A DNA stretch of 64,000 nucleotides, from the NCBI GenBank assembly GCA_027923505.1, contig BROI01000009.1, forward strand, positions 186,001 to 250,000. Reading direction: 5' to 3'. The translations under genes and the position numbers were made by a program. This document shows, in pieces, positions 56,724 to 64,000 of the stretch (the stretch's first letter is position 1; the number at the start of each line of letters is the position of its first letter). The notes under the pieces are model-generated. The model saw only the letters and a program-made list of their open reading frames with translations, was not told the DNA's origin and searched no databases. The DNA is from Mayamaea pseudoterrestris. Taxonomy: Eukaryota.

Positions 56724-57773
56724 TTAATCGTTGATTTTAAGCGGCCGTTTCAATGCAATGGCTCTCCCAGCTCTAGATCTCGTCTCTCTTCCCAGTACGC
56801 TGCAGATATATTCGGCAGCATCCACAAGCTTGTCTACGTCAACTCCAGTTTCCACTCCCAGTCCATTCAGCATATACACGGCATCTTCAGTAGCAACATT
56901 GCCAGTAGCTCCTTGCGCGTACGGACACCCGCCAAGCCCAGCAACAGATGCATCAATGGTTCGAATGTTTCGCTCCATTGATACCAATATGTTCGCCAGT
57001 CCTTGTCCGTAGGTGTCATGGAAGTGGACCGCTAGTTTGTCGTCGTTTGTGCTGTCATTTACGCCCAACGCGTTTTGAACGTCACGGAGCATCGTCAGGA
57101 CGGATGCTGGCGTTCCAACCCCAGTAGTATCACCAAGAGATACTTGGTGGCAACCCATTTCTAGCAGCTGCAGCGTCACCTCTGTGACTCGCGACGGAAG
57201 AATTAGACCATCGTATGGACAACCAATGACACATGATACGTAGCCTCGAATCTTCACATCCGTCTCCGGTGGCAGCTGGTCCACTACAACTTTAAAGCGT
57301 TGAATGGCTTCGTCGCAGCTGCAATTCAAATTTTTCTGGCTAAATCCCTCACTAGCAGACGCGAAAATGGCAATTTCATCGGCTTGGGCTTGAAGGGCCA
57401 ACTTTAGGCCTCGTATATTGGGTACGAGACAGCTTAACGTGAGTTGGTCATTCGTGTTCGTTGATAACTCGCCACCCATTCTCCATCGATTGAGAGCCTT
57501 CATCACGTGCATACTGTCAGCCATGGAAGGAACCCATTTTGGAGAAACAAAACTCCCTACTTCAATGTGATCCAGGCCAGCCTGATGCAGCTTTTGTATG
57601 AAATGAACCTTTTGTTCGGTCGTGACGAATGCCGATTCGTTCTGCAAGCCATCACGCGGGCCAACTTCAACAATCTGCACAGACGACGGGCTTTGAACCA
57701 CTGTTTTGAGTGATAATGATCTTTTAAAAAGAGCAGATGTCCTTTCATGCAGAATGTATCGAGCAATCCCCAT
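56724..57773 (-). CDS. HMGCL: Hydroxymethylglutaryl-CoA lyase, mitochondrial
   Basis: VEVGPRDGLQNE, SFVSPKWVP, SLGDTTGVG, HFHDTYGQG and GLGGCPYAQGATGNVATED. Confidence 0.95.
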   Translation of the reverse strand: MGIARYILHERTSALFKRSLSLKTVVQSPSSVQIVEVGPRDGLQNESAFVTTEQKVHFIQKLHQAGLDHIEVGSFVSPKWVPSMADSMHVMKALNRWRMGGELSTNTNDQLTLSCLVPNIRGLKLALQAQADEIAIFASASEGFSQKNLNCSCDEAIQRFKVVVDQLPPETDVKIRGYVSCVIGCPYDGLILPSRVTEVTLQLLEMGCHQVSLGDTTGVGTPASVLTMLRDVQNALGVNDSTNDDKLAVHFHDTYGQGLANILVSMERNIRTIDASVAGLGGCPYAQGATGNVATEDAVYMLNGLGVETGVDVDKLVDAAEYICSVLGRETRSRAGRAIALKRPLKIND

Positions 57774-58162
57774 TGTTAGGTTAGACTACGGTAGCGTGTG
57801 TACGAGTGTGGCAGCATGCAATCGCGGCGAAAAAATAATTACCGGTAAGACACTGAATGAGTGATCGAAACAACACATTTCTGAAAGTGACTCGTCTCAC
57901 TTTCTTTCGCACGACGGATCACTCCTGGCTCTCCCGGCATCGTCCAGAAGCGACTTGCACACAACCATCCCCATCTCCAGCAGTAAATCTTGCGCCGATT
58001 TCCAAGGCAGCACGTAGTGCCACATTGTTTGTTCAAAAGTACGAGGAAAACGTTATTTCAATTGCGAGGCTATCGTCGGTTTCGTTCAAATAACGAAAGT
58101 CTCTCGATATCTTCTGAACACTGCTATGAGTATGTTTTTACGTTTCAACTATAACGGATCCG

Positions 58163-59220
58163 ATGTTTTTCAATAAAGGCACGGTATCCAAACGCATCAT
58201 TGAAATTAAAGGGGAAAACCACCATGCCACTCTTCTATCGATCAACTGTTTCAGCATTGTGGTACGAAAAATTGTTGTTCACAGTCAGTCCCCACGGACC
58301 GGTTCCAGCTTATCCTGCTTTGGTGGTTCGGACAGCACGTACTCTCGTCGACGACAAGCACTGGGGTTTTGTCCAACAAATCATGCAAGACTGGTAGCTC
58401 TAATGCCGTCGGGGAGCATTACAGAACCGCCAATTAGCTGATTCCGAATTGCCTCGCCCGATGTGCAGCTGGGATCTGAGATCGATTTAAACTCCCCAGC
58501 AAATGCAACTCGACTACGCCAAGGGTAACACTCCATGTGACCACGTATTGCTAGAGACATGTATCCTCATCGAGACAAAAGACGATCAGTCTTTTGGACA
58601 TGCGCGATCCCACACAACGAGCAACATTACTGTTCTTCCATTGTGTTGTGGCACGTCACAAGGCTGAGCCAACTAATGCCAATTTTCATTCTTTCATCAA
58701 ACATGGATCCGTCATGGCTCGCGACTATAACATGCGGTGAATATTCTTTTGACGAAAGGATACGAGCCACGCCAACGTGACAATTCCCTCGCGACTTGCG
58801 ACTGCTCAAGCCATCATGCACGAGTAGGATTCTATCGCCATAACGGAGCGCATGGATGAGTCTTTGGCCACTCTGCAAATACTCGTCGATCTATCCGCGG
58901 CGGACTTCCTGTACCTTGATGCTAAGCCTTTGGAACTTTGATGACGGGGCAAGCAAGAAGCGACGCTTTACACCCAGGAATGCGAGCATACTTCGATTCA
59001 GATCTTTGGCACTTTGCGCCATACGAGGTTGCCATTCAATCGCTGGATCCGACGAATTGACACAATAGGCAGCCGTCTATTTGCGGCATCGCTACGCATG
59101 TTCCATCTTGCACAGGCTGTAGCTCACACCTCTTCACTCGGCGGGATATCATGGCGCCCGAATAAAACGACAAAATGTGTCATTAATGACAGCGGTTGTG
59201 GTCTCGACTGACTTACGTTT
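58163..59220 (+). pseudogene. Decayed sulfotransferase-like gene (Gal-3-O-sulfotransferase-like diatom family); 5' boundary approximate
   Basis: Ordered motif remnants across frames: NKSCKTGSS (5'-PAPS site), SVFWT/RDPTQRA..FFH (3'-PAPS site), E*DSIAITERMDESL..LQIL..L...DFLYL.AK, FDDG, GMRAYFDSD.W, SLD.T/IDTIG and CVINDSGCGLD*. Many stops and frameshifts. Confidence 0.75.
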
Positions 59221-59265
59221 GTGGGACGAAGCATAGTGATGACAAGCTATTTCTAATAGTTTTGT

Positions 59266-60348
59266 TTAATCGTCGCCAAATTTCTCGTCGACGCGGATGG
59301 AATCATTCTCAGAGCGGGCTCCGTCGTCGTCGCTCTCGTCAAATTCTAATTCTTCCATCATACGATAAAGCAACGTCGCGGCATCGCCGGCGCGTTGCCG
59401 TCGCTGACTATCTGTCATACTTCCGGCTCGGCTCGTCTCTCGAATCTGCGCAGCTTGTTTCAAAGTGCACTCCATGGCATTGAATATCTTTTCTTCGTAG
59501 CGCTCGCGGTCTTGGTTGGCTTTTAAATTCGGATCCGCACCGTCTTTCGGTATAGGGATAAGAGTGTCCGCTTCAAACTCCGCCATGAGTTCTTGCCGCG
59601 CCAATTCCTCTCGCACTCTATCTATCTCCGTCGATGGATCGATTGTAGCATCACTAATGGTAGGAAAATTTCTTGGATCCGGAGGTTCGTACTCATTGAC
59701 ATAGCAGTCGCCGATGACTGATTCATCCTGCTGATACGATATTTTTAGCCCAACCTCCTCCTCCGTCTTCTTCGGTGCCATGACAGCAGACGACCACACC
59801 GTCCCACGAATCGTCTCTACAATTCTAGCAAAGCCTTCTTTATCCCGATCGTCATGGCCTTGATTGATGTCCAAGAGATTGCATTCAACGTACTCGTATC
59901 CGCGGTCAAGACACCAATGAATACGTCTAGCGTATTCATGTTCGTATTGCTTCGAGACAATGTACGCCTCCGGCAATGGCTCAGATGACACAGCCACGCA
60001 TAACCGAAGCAGCTCACCAGCAGAGGCATTATTAGCTTTAGCACTGACAGCAGCGTGATGGATGGCGGCCAGCGAATCAAATGAATACTGCGATGCAACC
60101 AGATCGTTGGGGAAAACTAGTATGATGCCATCTTCCTTCCATGTATCACGACTATCGCTGATTCTTCCTGTGTATTCCAATCTTACTTCGGCTTGAAAGT
60201 ATCGATTGGCAATCTTAAAGCCATGTTTTGTTTGTACCTTGGGCGAGCCGTCGGCGGCGAGAAACGACAAAAGCGCCTCGCGAAGTTGCAGGGTCTCAGG
60301 CGCTTCTGCAGGACCGATGCGCAAGATTGATGTACAGGAAGGTGACAT
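59266..60348 (-). CDS. AAGAB: Alpha/gamma-adaptin-binding protein p34 (AAGAB/Irc6)-like
   Basis: IANRYFQAEV, WCLDRGYEYVE, EGFARIVETIRGTVWS and C-terminal IRE......DSQRRQRAGDAA. Confidence 0.8.
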   Translation of the reverse strand: MSPSCTSILRIGPAEAPETLQLREALLSFLAADGSPKVQTKHGFKIANRYFQAEVRLEYTGRISDSRDTWKEDGIILVFPNDLVASQYSFDSLAAIHHAAVSAKANNASAGELLRLCVAVSSEPLPEAYIVSKQYEHEYARRIHWCLDRGYEYVECNLLDINQGHDDRDKEGFARIVETIRGTVWSSAVMAPKKTEEEVGLKISYQQDESVIGDCYVNEYEPPDPRNFPTISDATIDPSTEIDRVREELARQELMAEFEADTLIPIPKDGADPNLKANQDRERYEEKIFNAMECTLKQAAQIRETSRAGSMTDSQRRQRAGDAATLLYRMMEELEFDESDDDGARSENDSIRVDEKFGDD

Positions 60349-60706
60349 AGTCAACGTATGCAGATAATCTTCTACCGGTGACTGCTATGATACAGATTTG
60401 CTAGCCTCCGTGTAAAAATTATGCCCCACCATTTTTTTGACAGCGCCATGGTGGAAGCACCACAAACACGATCGACATTGTTTGTAAACTAGCCAATCAA
60501 AACCTTCCAATGCGTCACATCGAACGCCAATGAGTAATTTTTGCTTCGATGGAGCGGACGCACCACGGACGTCATTCCCTCGCCATGGCGACGACGTGAT
60601 AACACAAACATCACATTCGATCGCGAGAAGATGCCCTTTGGTCTTCGGTGTCCAAGCGAGAGACTTTAGCGACGCTTTACAAGCATTGTATATATTCGAC
60701 ATCATC

Positions 60707-63700
60707 ATGAACAAGTATCTATACGGGGAGCGGCAGAGAAGGTTTCATTTCCTCGTCGCTGTAGCGTCCATTTCTATTTGCTGCCATGTTTCCAATGGGT
60801 GGATTAGCTCATATCCGAACGATCGAGCCAGAGCACACTTGGACAATTACCGAATAAAAGCTTCAAACTTTCCTTTAAACAATGATAAGAAAGCCAAGAT
60901 TGCCAATTGTGACTCTTCTCGGATTGACGACGACGACGACGATGGATTCAGAATAGATTCACAAGCTGAACGGTCTGAAGTCGACGGACAATGGCCGTTG
61001 TTGTCCCAAATCCAAGTTAACAATAAACAAATACGCACCAATGACAATAAAGGAAGTCGAAAAAAGCCAAAAGATTTCATTGAAAGGAGCAAGACTCGAA
61101 TAAAGGCGAAGCCTCTGCCTATATATTTTACTTCTACATCAAATTCATTTCAGCAGCGGCCGGCTTCCGCTTCGTACTCTTCATTGCTGCCTCCAATCCG
61201 GCCTTCCGAACTTTATCCAACCGACAAAAAACAAGCTAATGGCGACGGGTCGCAGACTAGCAGCGGACTCAGTTCATGGGAAGACTTTCTTGGTGTCTCG
61301 GTCGCGGATGCCACCCACAAGCGGTCTTTTCCCAAGGAAACCGCATTACGTTCAAGCGACACGTCAGCTATAAGTATGGATCTATTAAATTCTACCGGTC
61401 GTCAAAGCTTATTTGTTACGGCAAAAGGAAAACCCAACAATCGCACCAAAACGCGGCTGCGAGCAAATGCACAGCACAGGCAGCAACGTCAGGCATCGTT
61501 GGATGGCGTCTTACCAGTGTCGGACTTATTTTATCGATCGCCCGGACATGAAAGCCCCAATGATAGCTACAAAAAGCAAGATACACAATTAATTGATGGA
61601 GTTTTACCCGTTTCTGACTTGTTCTATCGGTCCGGCAGCAACAACACGGATCGGATAATTGCAGGAGGACAAGCCGGCGACGCAACAGCGACTACAGGAA
61701 AGCGTATTAGTGGTAGACCCAAACGAGGCGCTTCAAGTAACCAACAACCAACATTGCCATTGTCATTTGATCCATCTTTATCAACTAGTAAGAAACAGCG
61801 AGATCGCAAAGTGGTGCGGCGTGGAATGGAAATGTTGGTAGGAGGCGTAAGCATCAATGCTGATCCTCCTCAACGCTCGTTGGAATTGTCATACCAGGCT
61901 GATTCTGACGATTGGGCATCTGTCATTACGCTGAATACACTTGATTTTGGACCATTTCTTCATGCCGATTCTGTCAAAAAAATGTCGCAGCTGGAACGAG
62001 CCATATATTGCGAGCACTGGGTCCACGCTGCAATTAAATGGAAAGTCTGCCCAAGTGATTTACAAGAAATTGTTGAGTCGCATACTCTGAGGCACGCGGA
62101 AGCGAAAAAAGGAGTGAGTGGTATTGATACTGCTAAAAATTCCGACGATACTATTATGTTGTCGGGTACGGAGTTTGCGAACGCGGAGCAGCAACAATCT
62201 GTTCGCGAAAGTCAAGAAGTTAAAATCGGAACTTGGTTCCCGCACGAGATGGATCTTGAATCGTTTTTTAGAAATGTTGAGCAGCATTTTCTAGAGGACA
62301 CAACGAAGAGTCGTGCCATTGTGGACACGGGTCGGGAGTTGCCAAAGGGATTTGGAAAGTTGGCTGTTCAAGATCGGAAGGCATTAAAGAAATGTCAGAA
62401 AAATGAGCTTTTCGAGGCTAGATTTGGCTTGTCTAATAAGTTTTCCGTTGCTCGCGAAGATCTTGTATCGGGACTTAAACAAGATGGAATAAGTCCCATT
62501 GAAAACGTTTACTTAAAGGCGTTTCTCATGATGATTGGCGAACTAGAGGATTTCCATGCACTGCTTACTAACTTTACGTTGACTGACCAGGGAGACGGCG
62601 TCACAGCCATAAATGCGGAGTTTAGTGTGAGCAACCTCCGTCTAATGACTGGCACCGAGATGCAACGCCGATTGAAGCGGATGGGTGCTGCATTCGAGGC
62701 TGCAACAGACAGTGGTTATTTTCAGATCCTCGTTGCTAGAGCCGCTAAATCAGAGACGGGTTGGTCGGAACGCGTGCGCAATCAGGTGGTTAACGAATGT
62801 TTGCTTGCTGATGACGACCTCGACGAAAGTGAGGACGACTATGTGCTTAAGGATATGACAACAAAGAACTATTCCATCGGTGAAAGGAATGAGGTTACTA
62901 ATGGAGTATGGAACCAAACAGAAGATGACGGTCGGTTTTCTGTACAATCTCCAAGCAACGCTACCCAGGCACCTTACGGGGGCAGGCTCGGTTCGCAGCT
63001 TCTTCACGCTGTTGTCGAGCACGCGAAGGAACACCAGCCAAAAGTGATCGCGATTGGCGATGTCCACGGTTGCGCTGATGAGCTACAAGATCTTTTACGG
63101 GAGTGCGACTATAGACCAGGAGATCTAGTTGTTTTACTGGGAGATCTTGTGTGCAAAGGTCCTAGCAGCATCGCCGTCGTGGAGATGTCTCGAGAAATCG
63201 GCGCAGTCGCGATTTGCGGAAATCATGACTTTGAAATGAGACGGTGGCAGAAGGCCATCGATTCAGGAGTCGAGCGCCCTGCGATCGGTACCGAACACTT
63301 CCATATTGCCACACGCCTCTCCAAAGCTTGTTTGGCATGGGTGACTAACTTGCCTTGGTACATTTCAAGCAAGGAACTGGGCGCACTCTTCGTTCACGCT
63401 GGTTTTGTGAGTGGCATTCGACTTGCGAAACAGAATCCGCGCCTCATGACGAACATGAGGTCTATTTTGCCGGATGGAACTGTCACATCCAAATTTTTCA
63501 ATAATTGGCCTTGGGCGAGACTTTGGGATGGCCCTCAGACTGTCTACTTTGGTCACGATGCTGATCGGGGACTGCAACAATATGAGCACGCTATCGGACT
63601 AGACACTGGGTGCGTTTATGGTGGACGCTTGACTGCGTGTATACTTCCCGAGAAGCGACTTGTCAGCGTGAGTGCCAGGAGGGAATACTTCAAGTATCGA

Positions 63701-63718
63701 CGAAAGCACTACGACTAG
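60707..63718 (+). CDS. ApaH-like PPP-family metallophosphoesterase with long N-terminal extension and probable plastid presequence
   Basis: IGDVHGC, LGDLVCKGP, GNHD, FVHAG, YFGH and GLDTGCVYGGRLTA motifs in the last ~230 aa; hydrophobic leader ending SNG-W. Confidence 0.85.
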   Translation: MNKYLYGERQRRFHFLVAVASISICCHVSNGWISSYPNDRARAHLDNYRIKASNFPLNNDKKAKIANCDSSRIDDDDDDGFRIDSQAERSEVDGQWPLLSQIQVNNKQIRTNDNKGSRKKPKDFIERSKTRIKAKPLPIYFTSTSNSFQQRPASASYSSLLPPIRPSELYPTDKKQANGDGSQTSSGLSSWEDFLGVSVADATHKRSFPKETALRSSDTSAISMDLLNSTGRQSLFVTAKGKPNNRTKTRLRANAQHRQQRQASLDGVLPVSDLFYRSPGHESPNDSYKKQDTQLIDGVLPVSDLFYRSGSNNTDRIIAGGQAGDATATTGKRISGRPKRGASSNQQPTLPLSFDPSLSTSKKQRDRKVVRRGMEMLVGGVSINADPPQRSLELSYQADSDDWASVITLNTLDFGPFLHADSVKKMSQLERAIYCEHWVHAAIKWKVCPSDLQEIVESHTLRHAEAKKGVSGIDTAKNSDDTIMLSGTEFANAEQQQSVRESQEVKIGTWFPHEMDLESFFRNVEQHFLEDTTKSRAIVDTGRELPKGFGKLAVQDRKALKKCQKNELFEARFGLSNKFSVAREDLVSGLKQDGISPIENVYLKAFLMMIGELEDFHALLTNFTLTDQGDGVTAINAEFSVSNLRLMTGTEMQRRLKRMGAAFEAATDSGYFQILVARAAKSETGWSERVRNQVVNECLLADDDLDESEDDYVLKDMTTKNYSIGERNEVTNGVWNQTEDDGRFSVQSPSNATQAPYGGRLGSQLLHAVVEHAKEHQPKVIAIGDVHGCADELQDLLRECDYRPGDLVVLLGDLVCKGPSSIAVVEMSREIGAVAICGNHDFEMRRWQKAIDSGVERPAIGTEHFHIATRLSKACLAWVTNLPWYISSKELGALFVHAGFVSGIRLAKQNPRLMTNMRSILPDGTVTSKFFNNWPWARLWDGPQTVYFGHDADRGLQQYEHAIGLDTGCVYGGRLTACILPEKRLVSVSARREYFKYRRKHYD

Positions 63719-63811
63719 CGAGTTACTTCCGCTGAAACTCAACGATCGCAATCTATTCTTCATAATTAAAAGACGCTAGTAACTCTTATACTTTAATATT
63801 CAGTACTAGGT

Positions 63812-63965
63812 TTATCGAAACATGCTGTCGACTTTTTGAGCCTCCCGCTCCATGAGTGCTATGGGTCGAAGAATATTGCTCTTATTTGTCTCGACAACAT
63901 AGCCATTCTGGACCATTTCACCTACTAGAAAATGCACCTCCTCCAACTGATACATGATGTCCAGC
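63812..63965 (-). CDS. AP4S1: Last exon of an adaptor complex sigma subunit, AP-4 sigma-like; gene continues beyond the window
   Basis: After the polypyrimidine-CAG acceptor: LDIMYQLEEVHFLVGEMVQNGYVVETNKSNILRPIALM...*. Confidence 0.8.
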
Positions 63966-64000
63966 CTGTGGAAAGGAAGCGAAGCGTGAGAAAAAGAGCC

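Overview
Gene-dense eukaryotic nuclear DNA, almost certainly from a pennate diatom. The evidence is short GT-AG introns, bipartite plastid presequences, and a mitochondrial TPI-GAPDH fusion head-to-head with cytosolic GapC2. It holds about 27 protein genes, including GH81 glucanase, TFIIIC Tfc4-like, HSF, flavodoxin, YebC, Mss51-like, COX15, a 2650-aa SZT2-like protein, NIT1, PTPMT1, WDR83, an SNF5/PHD/bromodomain protein, cathepsin Z, HMG-CoA lyase, AAGAB and an ApaH-like phosphatase. Features the ORF track misses or fragments: an intronic double-guide box C/D snoRNA in WDR83, tRNA-Leu(CAA), a 68-aa spliced CDC26 gene and the last exon of an AP-4 sigma subunit. Three decayed genes are present: biotin synthase lacking its radical-SAM core, a sulfotransferase-like gene and an unknown CxxC ORF. 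There is also a 42-bp tandem array carrying bZIP (TGACGT) sites between two divergent reading frames, and a TACCGGTA palindrome that recurs in promoters. All calls come from reading the sequence and recalled family motifs; no database search was run.
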